A DNA stretch of 64,000 nucleotides from Candidatus Gorgyraea atricola (GTDB lineage Bacteria > Omnitrophota > Gorgyraeia > Gorgyraeales > Gorgyraeaceae), in NCBI GenBank assembly GCA_030765235.1, contig JAVCCW010000030.1, positions 8,144 to 72,143 of the forward strand, read 5' to 3'. Below the pieces are notes generated by a model. The model was not told the DNA's origin. It searched no databases and saw only the letters and a list, made by a program, of their open reading frames with translations. Shown here one piece after another: positions 37,863 to 47,973 of this stretch. A program made the translations under genes and the position numbers. The stretch's first letter is position 1; each line of letters begins with the position of its first letter.

Positions 37863-38470
37863 AGACGTCCTTTAGTGGAAGGGATGCCTTCTATCCTTGG
37901 ATCGATCTGAGTTGCCTCATCCAGGGCCTTGGCAGCAGATTTAAAAATCGCCTCCAGGAGATGATGCATATCAGAACTTGCCTGCAGAATAGAAATGTGC
38001 ATTGTAATAGGAAAATTATTTATCAGCGCCTGAAAAAACTGGCGCACATATTCTAGATTATATCCGCCTTGAACATCTTTTTCCTCACGAAGCCCTTCTG
38101 ATTTAATGCCATTAAAAAACGGCCTGCCGCTTATATCCACTACCACGCGAACATTGACTAGGGTCTCGTCCATTGGAATCGTCTTTTCACCAAACCGCTT
38201 GATCCCTTTTTTGTCACCCAGCGCTTTACTAAAGGCCTGGCCCAGACAAATCCCAAGATCCTCATTAGTGTGGTGCATATCCACATTTAAATCACCCTTT
38301 GCCTTTATCTTCAGATCAAAAAGCCCGTGCTTTGCAAAGAGCGCAAGCATGTGATCCAGAAAAGGTATACCGGTATTGATGCTGGACCTACCCTTCCCAT
38401 CTATCACCAGCTCTACAGCTATCTTCGTCTCCCCTGTCTTCCGCTCTATCCTAGCCTTCCTCTTCCCCAT
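37859..38470 (-). CDS. hisB: imidazoleglycerol-phosphate dehydratase
   Basis: RKTGETKIAVEL...GIPFLDHML...DMHHTNED...SDMHHLLEA metal-binding motifs. Confidence 0.85.
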   Translation of the reverse strand: MGKRKARIERKTGETKIAVELVIDGKGRSSINTGIPFLDHMLALFAKHGLFDLKIKAKGDLNVDMHHTNEDLGICLGQAFSKALGDKKGIKRFGEKTIPMDETLVNVRVVVDISGRPFFNGIKSEGLREEKDVQGGYNLEYVRQFFQALINNFPITMHISILQASSDMHHLLEAIFKSAAKALDEATQIDPRIEGIPSTKGRL

Positions 38471-38506
38471 ATCCCTTCTCCCCTTAGCTTAACTTTACAC
38501 TTGTGC

Positions 38507-38560
38507 AAAGCTCCTTCTCTGTAGGCCAGGTTTAAACCTGGCCTACAGAGAAGGAGCTTT
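38507..38560. repeat. GCCAGGTTTAAACCTGGC-core palindromic hairpin (copy 3), between proA and hisB
   Basis: AAAGCTCCTTCTCTGTAGGCCAGGTTTAAACCTGGCCTACAGAGAAGGAGCTTT. Confidence 0.7.
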
Positions 38561-38564
38561 AAAG

Positions 38565-39821
38565 TTATTTTCTGATTTGCCCAGTGCCAAGGACTACATA
38601 CTTATAGGTACATAGCTCTTCGAGCGCCATTGGGCCGCGCGCGTGGATCTTGTCTGTTGAAATGCCTATCTCTGCGCCCATGCCAAATTGATATCCGTCT
38701 GTAAATCTGGTGGATGCATTCCAATACACACAGGCCGAGTCCACCCTGCTCAAAAATTCATCCGCTACCTTTTTATTTTTCGTCACTATCGCGTCTGAAT
38801 GAGCTGAGCCATACTTATTTATGAAATCAATCGCCTCGCCCGCGTCGCTAACCACCTTGATGGCCAGCGTCAAGTCCAGATATTCTGCATACCAGTCTTT
38901 CTCAGTCGCTGCCTTTATGTCCTTCAATATCTTACGCGTCTTTTCGCATCCCCGCAGCTCAACGCCCGGCTCTTTTAAAATATCAGCCAAGAGCGGCAAA
39001 AACTTCTGCGCCACAGCCTTATGCACCAAAAGAGTCTCTATGGCATTGCACACGCCAGGTCTCTGCACTTTTGCATTAAATGCGATCTTAAGCGCTTTTT
39101 TTAAATCAGCGAAGTTATCAACATAAAGATGACACACGCCCTTATAATGTTTTATGACAGGTATTGTGGAGATACCTGCAACATGTTTTATCAATCCCTC
39201 GCCGCCCCTCGGTATTACAACATCCACTAACTCAGGGGCCTTTAGTAAGACCTCCACTGCTAGCCTATCAGCAATATCTATCATGCTGATAGCTGAACGC
39301 GGGATACCGAACTTTTCAATATCCTGCGTGATCACCTTATGGATAGCAATATTGGAATCGATCGCTTCACTCCCGCCCCGCAAAACGCATGCATTGCCAG
39401 ACTTCAGGCACAACCCTGCGCAATCGCTTGTCACGTTGGGCCTTGATTCATAGATAATACCGACCACACCTATGGGCACGCGCACCTTTTTTATCTTAAG
39501 TCCATTCGGCCGCTTCCATTGCCTCATTACCTCACCAACAGGATCCTTTAAACCCGCGACTGAACGCAGACCCTCAGCCATATCTTTTATGCGGCTATTT
39601 GTAAGAGTGAGCCTGTCTATCATGGCCTTTGAGAGACCTTTTTTCTTAGCAGATGCAACATCCTTGGCATTCCGCAAAAGTATAAATCTGGAATTCTTCA
39701 AAAGCGCCTGCGCCATTGCCGCTAGGGCTCTATTTTTATTCTTAGTAGAGATACCCGCCAGCACTCTCGAAGCATCCTTGGCCTGCATCAACATTTTTAA
39801 GATCTTATCCTTTAGTCGCAT
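38565..39821 (-). CDS. proA: gamma-glutamyl phosphate reductase; track start 39863, MRLKDKIL at 39821 preferred
   Basis: Aldehyde dehydrogenase fold with GPR blocks (IYESRPNVT, catalytic Cys region); preferred start lies just downstream of the proB stop. Confidence 0.85.
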   Translation of the reverse strand: MRLKDKILKMLMQAKDASRVLAGISTKNKNRALAAMAQALLKNSRFILLRNAKDVASAKKKGLSKAMIDRLTLTNSRIKDMAEGLRSVAGLKDPVGEVMRQWKRPNGLKIKKVRVPIGVVGIIYESRPNVTSDCAGLCLKSGNACVLRGGSEAIDSNIAIHKVITQDIEKFGIPRSAISMIDIADRLAVEVLLKAPELVDVVIPRGGEGLIKHVAGISTIPVIKHYKGVCHLYVDNFADLKKALKIAFNAKVQRPGVCNAIETLLVHKAVAQKFLPLLADILKEPGVELRGCEKTRKILKDIKAATEKDWYAEYLDLTLAIKVVSDAGEAIDFINKYGSAHSDAIVTKNKKVADEFLSRVDSACVYWNASTRFTDGYQFGMGAEIGISTDKIHARGPMALEELCTYKYVVLGTGQIRK

Positions 39822-40605
39822 CTGAGACCCTTCCTTTAGCTGGCACAAAAACCGTGCCCACATTTTCTCCTCTTGTGATCTTCAAAAGGATTCCTTTGGT
39901 GCGTCCATTTGCAATAACACACGAAACCCCTGAACCTATTACGATCTTACATGCCTCCAGCTTCGTCTTCATGCCACCCAGCGAATATTCTTTATTCGTG
40001 CCGCAAGCGGCCTTCTCTATTTTAGCATCAATATTTGCAACAAGATCGATACATCTATCATCAACGCACAATCCATCGACATCTGTCAGCATGATCAAAA
40101 GATCCGCGCTCACAAGGTTCGCCACCAATGCAGAAAGTTTATCGTTATCCCCGAATCTTATTTCATCTACAGATACTGTATCGTTTTCATTTATGACAGG
40201 TACGACCTTTCTGCTCAACAATGTATTAAGTGTATTCTCGGCATTCAAATACCTGCGCTTATCACGTATGTCCTCCCATGTCAAAAGCACCTGCGCAGCA
40301 TGAAAACCTAGCTTCCTGAAATGCTCCTCGTAAGTCCTCATTAAATGCCCCTGGCCAACAGCCGCGCATGCCTGCTGCTCAGGTAAAATGCTCGGCCGCT
40401 TCTTCATGCCCAATATATGCATGCCCGCGCCGATTGCGCCAGACGAAACCACGATCACCTCGCGCCCCTGTTTCAAAAGAATCGCTATCTGCTTTGCAAA
40501 ATTCCTTATCCACGCCTTATCCAGGGCAAAGTCCTTGGAAGCGAGCACACTGGTGCCTACTTTTACTACTATTCTTCTGGCTTTTTTTAAAGCTTGTCTA
40601 TTCAT
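39805..40605 (-). CDS. proB: glutamate 5-kinase (short form, no PUA domain)
   Basis: RIVVKVGTSVL...VVSSGAIGAG amino-acid kinase motifs, 266 aa. Confidence 0.8.
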   Translation of the reverse strand: MNRQALKKARRIVVKVGTSVLASKDFALDKAWIRNFAKQIAILLKQGREVIVVSSGAIGAGMHILGMKKRPSILPEQQACAAVGQGHLMRTYEEHFRKLGFHAAQVLLTWEDIRDKRRYLNAENTLNTLLSRKVVPVINENDTVSVDEIRFGDNDKLSALVANLVSADLLIMLTDVDGLCVDDRCIDLVANIDAKIEKAACGTNKEYSLGGMKTKLEACKIVIGSGVSCVIANGRTKGILLKITRGENVGTVFVPAKGRVSDATKG

Positions 40606-40610
40606 GTCAG

Positions 40611-41570
40611 CTATTTTAATTTCCTATACGTTTCTTCCAACAACTCCTTTATGCCCTCTCCAGTAGCACACGATATCGGGTATATTTTCTTGCGTGTCTT
40701 TTTCTTAAAGTCCTTGAGATTCTCTGAGGCCTGCGGAAGATCCATTTTATTCGCTGCTAGGATTTGAGGTCGCTTCAAAAGTGAGGAGCTGTACAGGCCT
40801 AGCTCGTTATTTATAGAATCTAGATCGTGAATAGGAGAACGCCCTTCTACAGCTGCCATATCTACCATATGAATGAGGACCTTGGTTCTTTCGACATGTC
40901 TTAGGAATTCATCTCCCAGACCCCTGCCAGAATGAGCGCCTTCTATTAATCCAGGTATATCACAAATAACAAGACTTCTTTCTTCGCCCAAACGCACCAC
41001 GCCCAGAGTAGGTGTCTTTGTCGTAAAAGAATAACTGGCTACCTTGGGCTTTGCATTGGATACGCGAGAAATCAAACTGGACTTCCCGACATTCGGATAG
41101 CCAATGATACCGACATCAGCGACTAATTTGAGCTCCAGTACAAGATCTTTTTCTTCGCCGTCTTTTCCAGGAGTAGCATCCTTGTGCCTAGAATTGCCTC
41201 TGCCACCTTCGCCACCCTTGGTAATTACTATTGAACGGCCTGATTTGTTCAGATCACAATACGTAATGTCTTCGTGCTTGTCTTTGACAAGCGTACCAAC
41301 ACTGACCCTTATTATACAATCCCTGCCTTCAGATCCTTTTTTGTGATTGCTGCTGGCATTGGAACCTGACTCAGCCTTAAAATGCTTGCGATAATAAAAA
41401 TCTACAAGGGTCTGCACATTGTTATCTGCAATAATTACAACATCCCCGCCCTTGCCGCCGTCTCCTCCATCAGGCCGCTTCCATCTTTGAAACTTGCCTT
41501 TGGAAAAACTGTGACAGCCATCTCCACCATCACCGGCCTTGATATTGATTGCTGCGTGATCGATAAACAT
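40611..41570 (-). CDS. obg: GTPase Obg
   Basis: Glycine-rich Obg fold N-terminus (KAGDGGDGCHSF...GGDGGKGGDV) and G-domain GYPNVGKSSL. Confidence 0.85.
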   Translation of the reverse strand: MFIDHAAINIKAGDGGDGCHSFSKGKFQRWKRPDGGDGGKGGDVVIIADNNVQTLVDFYYRKHFKAESGSNASSNHKKGSEGRDCIIRVSVGTLVKDKHEDITYCDLNKSGRSIVITKGGEGGRGNSRHKDATPGKDGEEKDLVLELKLVADVGIIGYPNVGKSSLISRVSNAKPKVASYSFTTKTPTLGVVRLGEERSLVICDIPGLIEGAHSGRGLGDEFLRHVERTKVLIHMVDMAAVEGRSPIHDLDSINNELGLYSSSLLKRPQILAANKMDLPQASENLKDFKKKTRKKIYPISCATGEGIKELLEETYRKLK

Positions 41571-41578
41571 TTGCGCTT

Positions 41579-41815
41579 TTAAATAATATTTATCTTACGT
41601 GCATTGCCGAATTTTACCACACCGTCTTTGAGCGCGAACAAGGTCCTGTCTCTACCCATGCCTACGCCAATGCCAGGAAAAAACTTAGTGCCTTTCTGCC
41701 TGACAAGGATGCTGCCAGCGCTCACTAACTGGCCCTCAAAGCGTTTCACTCCAAGCCGCTGTGAGTTACTATTTCTTCCGTTTTTGGAACTTCCCTGTGA
41801 TTTGGTATGTGCCAT
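41579..41815 (-). CDS. rpmA: 50S ribosomal protein L27
   Basis: [16 protein letters not shown]...LGVKRF...VRQKGTKF; AGGAGG RBS. Confidence 0.9.
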   Translation of the reverse strand: MAHTKSQGSSKNGRNSNSQRLGVKRFEGQLVSAGSILVRQKGTKFFPGIGVGMGRDRTLFALKDGVVKFGNARKINII

Positions 41816-41841
41816 CTTACTCCTCCTTGATTTCGACGCTT

Positions 41842-41918
41842 GTGTAATGTTTAATGTTTAATGTGTAATGAACTAAGCTACCCTACCTACATTACACTTT
41901 ACACCTTACACATTACAC
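41842..41918. repeat. imperfect inverted repeat in the rplU-rpmA intergenic region
   Basis: GTGTAATGTTTAATGTTTAATGTGTAATG ... CATTACACTTTACACCTTACACATTACAC. Confidence 0.5.
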
Positions 41919-41924
41919 AAATCT

Positions 41925-42239
41925 TTACGTTGTGATGTTTTTGACTTTAAGCATAGTATACGTCTGCCTGTGCCCGATCTTTTTTCTGGAATTACCAAGC
42001 CTTCTTCTGTACTTAAAAGATATTGTCTTTTTGTCGCGCTTTTCTCCTACGACCTCGCAGACAACAGATGCCCCCTTTATATATGGCTTGCCTACTGATA
42101 TCTCTTTTTCATCAGAGACAAAAAGTACTTTATCCAGTTTTACCTCTTTCTTATCCTTTAAGTCCAATCTTTCGACTTTTAACAAGTCTCCTTTGCCTAC
42201 CCTGTATTGCTTTGCGCCTGTCTCAACTATTGCGTACAT
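41925..42239 (-). CDS. rplU: 50S ribosomal protein L21
   Basis: MYAIVETGAKQYRV start, 104 aa. Confidence 0.9.
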   Translation of the reverse strand: MYAIVETGAKQYRVGKGDLLKVERLDLKDKKEVKLDKVLFVSDEKEISVGKPYIKGASVVCEVVGEKRDKKTISFKYRRRLGNSRKKIGHRQTYTMLKVKNITT

Positions 42240-42281
42240 TATAACCCCCCTTTTATAAACTTTTAATTATACACTATTTGC

Positions 42282-43775
42282 CTATTTCTGTATACGGAAA
42301 TTTTCTATATGCATTTCTGGCTCAGCTATCACTACAATCCTGGTCCTGCACTGGGATTCGAGCTTGGTTATGGATGGTCTATCCTCATTCAGAAGATAAT
42401 TCGCCACATTAGGATGCACATACACGCGAATCTCCTTTATGCGAACACGCTCCACTTCCTTCCTTATTGCCCTTAGTGCCTCTATTGCCATTGTGGTAGC
42501 TGACTTTACTGCGCCACGACCTTTACAATACGGGCACTTCTGATATGATACTCTCCTCACGCCCCTACGTATGCGCTGCCTGGTGATCTGCACTATGCCA
42601 AACTCGGACATCCTGAGTATCTTGATCCTTGCCTTGTCCCTCTTGAAACATGTGACCAATATATTAAATATCTCACGGCTGTGCCTGTCCCTCATCATGT
42701 CAATAAAATCTATTATTACTATGCCGCCAATGTCCCTCAGCCGTATCTGCCTGGCGATCTCCACTGCTGCCTCAGAGTTAACTTTAAAGGCTGTGTCTTC
42801 CATGTTCTTTCTGCTAAAAGAACCGCTATTTACATCTATAGCAATAAGCCCTTCTGTCTCTTCTATGAAAATATATCCGCCACACTTAATCGGCACCTTT
42901 TTTCCGTAAAGCCTTTCTATCTCCTTCTCTATGCCACGTGAATCAAAAAGACTCGTCTTCTCCCTGTAAAGCATGAGTTTTCTCTTCATGCTCGGCATGA
43001 TATTATTCGCGAAATGCCGCAATTTATTATATTCTTCCTTGCTGTCAACAAGAACCCTGCTTACGTCCTCGCTAAAGGTATCGCGCAGGATCCTGAATGT
43101 AAGGCCATGCTCTTCATGCACAAGGCCAGGCGGTTTGACCCGGGTAGCATCGCGCTTTATGTTTTTCCAGAGCGCGGCCAAATATTTCACCTCGCGACTG
43201 AAATCATTCTCAGACTTACCAACTCCTGCCGTCCGCACAATAAGTCCCATCTTATAGGCAGGTGCTATCTTTTTCAGGATCTTGTGCAGCCTCTGGCGCT
43301 CTGCCCGATCAACAACCTTTTTAGAAACACCTATATGATGGTCAAAAGGCATCAGCACAACAAACCTGCCAGGTATGCCTATGTGTGTCGTAAGCCGCGG
43401 CCCCTTATTTCCTATGGGCTCTTTTCCCACCTGCACCAGGACATCCTGTTTTTCCCTTACAAGCCTGTTTATATCTGACGGCTTTGGTCTGGGTATTTTT
43501 CTTGGCGCGTGCTTACCCTCTTCATCCAGCACATCGAACTCCCGAGTCGAAGAAAGCATATCAGAAACATACAAAAATCCATTCTTTGACTGCCCTATGT
43601 CCACAAACGCAGCGCCTATACCAGAAACGACTGAATTAACGACTCCCCTGTAAATATTCCCTACCATGGTCACTTCAGACGGCCTCTCTATAAAATACTC
43701 CTGCAGGACCCCGCCCTCTACGACCGCTACTCTTTTTTCCTGCGATTCAACATTGATTAAAATCTCTTTCTGCAC
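42282..43775 (-). CDS. rng: ribonuclease G/E family (Rng/CafA-like)
   Basis: N-terminal S1 domain, RNase E/G catalytic core, ~497 aa without the RNase E scaffold tail. Confidence 0.8.
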   Translation of the reverse strand: MQKEILINVESQEKRVAVVEGGVLQEYFIERPSEVTMVGNIYRGVVNSVVSGIGAAFVDIGQSKNGFLYVSDMLSSTREFDVLDEEGKHAPRKIPRPKPSDINRLVREKQDVLVQVGKEPIGNKGPRLTTHIGIPGRFVVLMPFDHHIGVSKKVVDRAERQRLHKILKKIAPAYKMGLIVRTAGVGKSENDFSREVKYLAALWKNIKRDATRVKPPGLVHEEHGLTFRILRDTFSEDVSRVLVDSKEEYNKLRHFANNIMPSMKRKLMLYREKTSLFDSRGIEKEIERLYGKKVPIKCGGYIFIEETEGLIAIDVNSGSFSRKNMEDTAFKVNSEAAVEIARQIRLRDIGGIVIIDFIDMMRDRHSREIFNILVTCFKRDKARIKILRMSEFGIVQITRQRIRRGVRRVSYQKCPYCKGRGAVKSATTMAIEALRAIRKEVERVRIKEIRVYVHPNVANYLLNEDRPSITKLESQCRTRIVVIAEPEMHIENFRIQK

Positions 43776-44056
43776 TCTACTATCCTCACTTCCTCAGGTA
43801 ATTTTCCATTGATCCTATTCATAAATTCGTCCGGTTCGATCCATTTATCTAAAGAAAAACCCGCCTTTTCGCTTTCGCTTTCAACACCCAACTTTAACGC
43901 CTGCCCAAAACTTATTTTATAATGAGGGGAAAAACCCTGACTCAGGCTAACCGGAAGAGAGGCCCTTCTCACAGATCTCTGAAAAAGCCTTACAATGTCC
44001 AGGTGGGAAATATACCTTAGATCGCCTCTTTTGCAGAACGTCGCCTCTAACTTCAT
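43757..44056 (-). CDS. DUF2344 (TIGR03936-like) protein, unusually short
   Basis: RYISHLDIVRLFQRSVRRASLPVSLSQGFSPHYKISF matches the DUF2344 N-terminus. Only 99 aa; overlaps the rng start. Confidence 0.55.
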   Translation of the reverse strand: MKLEATFCKRGDLRYISHLDIVRLFQRSVRRASLPVSLSQGFSPHYKISFGQALKLGVESESEKAGFSLDKWIEPDEFMNRINGKLPEEVRIVECRKRF

Positions 44057-45459
44057 TTAGTTACTGCGACCGCAGTGCTGGAATCAGGATTGACTATGTT
44101 AACTGTTATAAAAAATAAAAGGTCAGTAGTATCGACCTCTTTTTCTTTTTTCTTAAACAATAAACTCAATATAGGTATATCCCCCAGGATCGGAATCTTG
44201 TACACCCTGTCTATTATCTGCTCTCTTATAAGTCCTCCTACAACTATTGTATCTCCATCTTTTACCATGACCTGTGTTGAGGCCTTGCGCGTAGAAAATC
44301 TCGGGGCCTGAATACTTCCTGAGCCACTTGTAAAGGTATCCCATGTTATAAAAGACGATACCTCTGGTTCCATGTTAACAACGATATAACCCGCTGGATT
44401 TATCTGAGGCGTAACTGAAAGAGTAATACCCAGTTCTTTCTCGTCATACCCAGTGACTTCTATCCTGCCTGTAGAATCGTCACGTTCATAAGTCGGTATG
44501 CTAAATGTAGTCGCAACCACTATCCTTGCTTCCTGATTATCCAAGGTCGTTATCCTTGGGTTTGAGATTATCTTTGTGTTTGCCCTGGACTTCAATACCT
44601 CGAGCACTGCCTGAAAAGAGGCAAAACTAAGTGTGCCAAAAGTATAATTACTTGGCAAGGCCAAAGGAAAAGCAGACGCAGGATTATTCACAAATGTTCC
44701 AACGTTTGTGCCTGCCTCTGCGCTAGAATCTCCGTCAGGATAAAAATGGCCCCCGTAGTCTCCAGTATGCCACGGCGCTGTTATGGGCCGCGATGCCCCG
44801 CTCGCGCTTATCTGTGATGTCCATCTAATGCCGAGCTTGTCGTCTTTATCAAGTGTTGTCTCTATGATCTTGGCCTCTATGTTCACCTGTTGTGTGCGCT
44901 TGTCGATCTTTTCTATGACCTGCTTGATCTTGTATATATTCGTAGGGATGTCTGTCACTATTACCAGGTTTGCTCGTTCATCAAACTTCACGCTCCCCCT
45001 GTCGCTCAGCATCTCTTCTATTACTGCTGGCACATCCCCTGCGTTTGCATAATTAAGCGAGAATACCTCTGTCGCGAGCTCTTCCTTTGCCAGGTTTTCT
45101 GTCGTAGTAACTCGAATAATATTCCCCTCTCGCTCGTATGTATAGCCGTAAGTCCTGAGTATGACATCCAATGCCTTTTCCCACGGCACATCTGTCAGCC
45201 TTATAGTCACAGGCCCTGTAACATCCTTGCCAGCAACAATGTTTATGCCGCTCTTATAGGAAAGTATCCTGAGTACATTTGTGATGTCAGCGTCTTTAAA
45301 ATCCAGGGTCACATTGCCGGGCAATGTACTCACCTCACCAGCAGCTAACATACCTGTCTGCGGCGGCGTCTCGGCCTGTTCAGCATCTTCTGCAAAAACC
45401 AGCCCTGTAATTCCAAAAAATAAAACGACAAAAATAACAAGACATTTTAATTCTTTCAT
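44053..45459 (-). CDS. pilQ: type IV pilus secretin
   Basis: Signal peptide, secretin/TonB short N-domain (ITNVLRILSYKSGINIVAG), C-terminal secretin (GGLIREQ...IPILGDIPILSLLF). Confidence 0.8.
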   Translation of the reverse strand: MKELKCLVIFVVLFFGITGLVFAEDAEQAETPPQTGMLAAGEVSTLPGNVTLDFKDADITNVLRILSYKSGINIVAGKDVTGPVTIRLTDVPWEKALDVILRTYGYTYEREGNIIRVTTTENLAKEELATEVFSLNYANAGDVPAVIEEMLSDRGSVKFDERANLVIVTDIPTNIYKIKQVIEKIDKRTQQVNIEAKIIETTLDKDDKLGIRWTSQISASGASRPITAPWHTGDYGGHFYPDGDSSAEAGTNVGTFVNNPASAFPLALPSNYTFGTLSFASFQAVLEVLKSRANTKIISNPRITTLDNQEARIVVATTFSIPTYERDDSTGRIEVTGYDEKELGITLSVTPQINPAGYIVVNMEPEVSSFITWDTFTSGSGSIQAPRFSTRKASTQVMVKDGDTIVVGGLIREQIIDRVYKIPILGDIPILSLLFKKKEKEVDTTDLLFFITVNIVNPDSSTAVAVTK

Positions 45460-45473
45460 ATCTCTCTCCTTTT

Positions 45474-45806
45474 TTAGTCGGTGACTAGCTCTACCCTTAC
45501 CTCGTCACCTTCTACTTCAAAGACCACAGCGCCTTTTTCTATTTTTAAAACCTTTACAATGCCTATTTTCTGACCTTCCTCAGCGATCTCTCCGTTTATA
45601 ATAGCGATGGAACCATTTGCCTCATCCCAGACTATTCCTTCCAATCTGATATCCTTTATGCTGGTTATCCCGTATGCGTCAGAGACATACATGCCGTCTT
45701 TTGAAATAAGCGGAATAAACGGATCCCTCTTAGCCTTAATATCATACTTAAACCCTGATATCAACAATATAGCAATGAAACAAAAAATGATGTATGTTTT
45801 TTTCAT
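45474..45806 (-). CDS. pilP: PilP-like pilus assembly lipoprotein
   Basis: Small signal-peptide protein placed between pilO and pilQ; assigned by position. Confidence 0.45.
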   Translation of the reverse strand: MKKTYIIFCFIAILLISGFKYDIKAKRDPFIPLISKDGMYVSDAYGITSIKDIRLEGIVWDEANGSIAIINGEIAEEGQKIGIVKVLKIEKGAVVFEVEGDEVRVELVTD

Positions 45807-46360
45807 AGTGTCTTTGTAATATATGTACTGACCCTTAACCTTATGTCATGACGCCTGGGATCTTCAGACCTACCCTTTATGTCCACATCGTCTATCCTTA
45901 TGAACGTAGTCATGCTTTCAAGATTGTTCACAAATACGCCGCACTGATGATAACCTCCTCTTGCCTCTATCAAAATCGGGAACTCAGAATAAAGCCCGCC
46001 TGCCTGAGAAATATTGTCCAGCGTCTCAAGGGGCTTGATCCTGAGTATCTTTACGCCCGAAGACTCCGCTACGCTGGAAAAATCCTCGAGCAGGACAGCT
46101 ATCTCATCATGGCCAGCCAGCTGCTGCTCGGAAAGCCTCACCTGCTTGCTTAACTCATCATGTTGTTTTTTTATCCTGGCCTCATTTGTAATCAAATTCT
46201 CAGAGTTTCTTACTCTGACCCTTACTGCGCAGTACTCCCTGTTATTCGCGATAAAACTTCTAAACTGCGGTTTCAGTAGAAGATTAAAATAAATCACAAG
46301 CGCTGCAATTCCAAAAATCCCAAAAAGTATATATAGTTTTTGTTTTTCTTTAAGCTCCAT
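45803..46360 (-). CDS. pilO: type IV pilus assembly protein PilO
   Basis: Single N-terminal TM plus coiled-coil, position after pilN. Confidence 0.55.
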   Translation of the reverse strand: MELKEKQKLYILFGIFGIAALVIYFNLLLKPQFRSFIANNREYCAVRVRVRNSENLITNEARIKKQHDELSKQVRLSEQQLAGHDEIAVLLEDFSSVAESSGVKILRIKPLETLDNISQAGGLYSEFPILIEARGGYHQCGVFVNNLESMTTFIRIDDVDIKGRSEDPRRHDIRLRVSTYITKTL

Positions 46361-46374
46361 ATTAACTCGCCCTG

Positions 46375-46953
46375 TTATTTAAGATACAACACGATCCTGA
46401 AATCCACTATGTCCCTCTCATCTATGCTTTTTCTCTGCACAGATTCGAGCTTGATGTTACTGAAATCTTTAAAGAATGTCTTATTATCGCGTACATTTTT
46501 CATGAACTTGCCTACTGTTGCCATAGCCTCTTCCTGCTTAGGTATCACACTGCCCTCTACTACCAGCTTATCTTCTGAATCTGTCCGGATCCTCGTAAAC
46601 CAGATCCCCGGCAGAATCAGATCAGAAAGATAGTTCAGCTTCTCTGCCCATAAAAATCTGCGGCTGGTGACCCCATCCATCATGTTCATCTTTGCCTTTA
46701 GGGTGACTATCTCTTTATTGATCGTCTCTATGTCTAATGTCTCTGCTGCAAAATTTTGCTCCTTAAGAAGCAGCCTCTGCGTCTGCTTCTTTCTGACGAA
46801 AGAGCCCACCAGACAAAACAGAACGAGTATTATTAATATGCCTGCAGCTGCAGCGCCTCCTATGACCTTGACTTTTTCCATCTCAAGGTCCAGCTTAAAC
46901 TGCGGCTGCCTTTTCTTACGCATCTCCTCCGGCAATAAATTTATCTCTATCAT
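46375..46953 (-). CDS. pilN: type IV pilus assembly protein PilN
   Basis: MIEINLLPEE start typical of PilN, single TM, ~190 aa. Confidence 0.6.
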   Translation of the reverse strand: MIEINLLPEEMRKKRQPQFKLDLEMEKVKVIGGAAAAGILIILVLFCLVGSFVRKKQTQRLLLKEQNFAAETLDIETINKEIVTLKAKMNMMDGVTSRRFLWAEKLNYLSDLILPGIWFTRIRTDSEDKLVVEGSVIPKQEEAMATVGKFMKNVRDNKTFFKDFSNIKLESVQRKSIDERDIVDFRIVLYLK

Positions 46954-46954
46954 A

Positions 46955-47926
46955 TCACTGCCTCAGCGCCAGGCCGATTGCTACTGCAAATAAGGCCGGC
47001 GATCCTTCTGGCTCGCTAACAGGACCCGCTAATGAAACAGCCTCAAACGGATCCCACATCACTACAGGTAAGCCTAAATTATCTTTAAGAAAATCCAGCA
47101 TATTAAAGAGATACGAAGTCCCGCCGCTTATGTAGACCTTTTCAACGCCCCTGCCGAACTGACTTTCAAAATAATCAAAAGACATCCGCATCTGCGACGA
47201 GAGCCTTTCAAGCACAGGATTAATAACGCTTATCACTTCTTCCCTTTTCTCAGCAGGGTTCTTCTTTAATGCCTCCGCGTCTTCCAGGCTGAGCGCCATT
47301 GCATCCCTGATCCTTTTTGTAATATCTGCGCCGCCCCACAATATATCCCTTGTAAAATATACATTTCCCTTTGTTACGATATTCATATTGGAAAAACGCT
47401 CACCCATATTGATAAGACCGTATGCCGCGTCTTCCTTTTTCTCTGCCGCTGCATGGAAACAATTTAAAAATGCAAAACTGTCTACGTCTATAGTGCCTAT
47501 CTCGAGTCCAAAATTTTTAAAAAGCTCTATCAGTCTATCCACTTCCGGCTTCTTTGCCGCGACCAGCAAAACCCTTTGACTCCCGGAACTCGTCTTGTCA
47601 AGCACCGCACAATCTATTATGGACTGATCTATGTCAAATGGTATATACTTCCCTGCCTCGAACTTTATTGCGCTTTCTATCTCTTCTTTTTTCATGGGCG
47701 GCATCTCGATGTAGCGCACTATCACTGACGGGCCTGCGAGTGAGACATTTACACGCTTCAAAGACAGCTTTGCCTGGCCCAGCAGTGTCTTGAGCGCTGA
47801 GGCTGGATTTCCATCAGCTACAGACGTGATGAGACACTTGGAGACTACAGGCTTGCCTTTTTTATGCTCCAGCTCCACTAACTTTACATTATATTGCCCG
47901 AGATCTATTCCAATGACTTTTTTCAC
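46955..47926 (-). CDS. pilM: type IV pilus assembly ATPase-like protein PilM
   Basis: Actin-like ATPase fold, VIGIDLGQYNVKLV start, 323 aa. Confidence 0.8.
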   Translation of the reverse strand: MKKVIGIDLGQYNVKLVELEHKKGKPVVSKCLITSVADGNPASALKTLLGQAKLSLKRVNVSLAGPSVIVRYIEMPPMKKEEIESAIKFEAGKYIPFDIDQSIIDCAVLDKTSSGSQRVLLVAAKKPEVDRLIELFKNFGLEIGTIDVDSFAFLNCFHAAAEKKEDAAYGLINMGERFSNMNIVTKGNVYFTRDILWGGADITKRIRDAMALSLEDAEALKKNPAEKREEVISVINPVLERLSSQMRMSFDYFESQFGRGVEKVYISGGTSYLFNMLDFLKDNLGLPVVMWDPFEAVSLAGPVSEPEGSPALFAVAIGLALRQ

Positions 47927-47973
47927 TCTATAGCTCCTATATATAAAAAATATTTAATATATACTTACCACAT

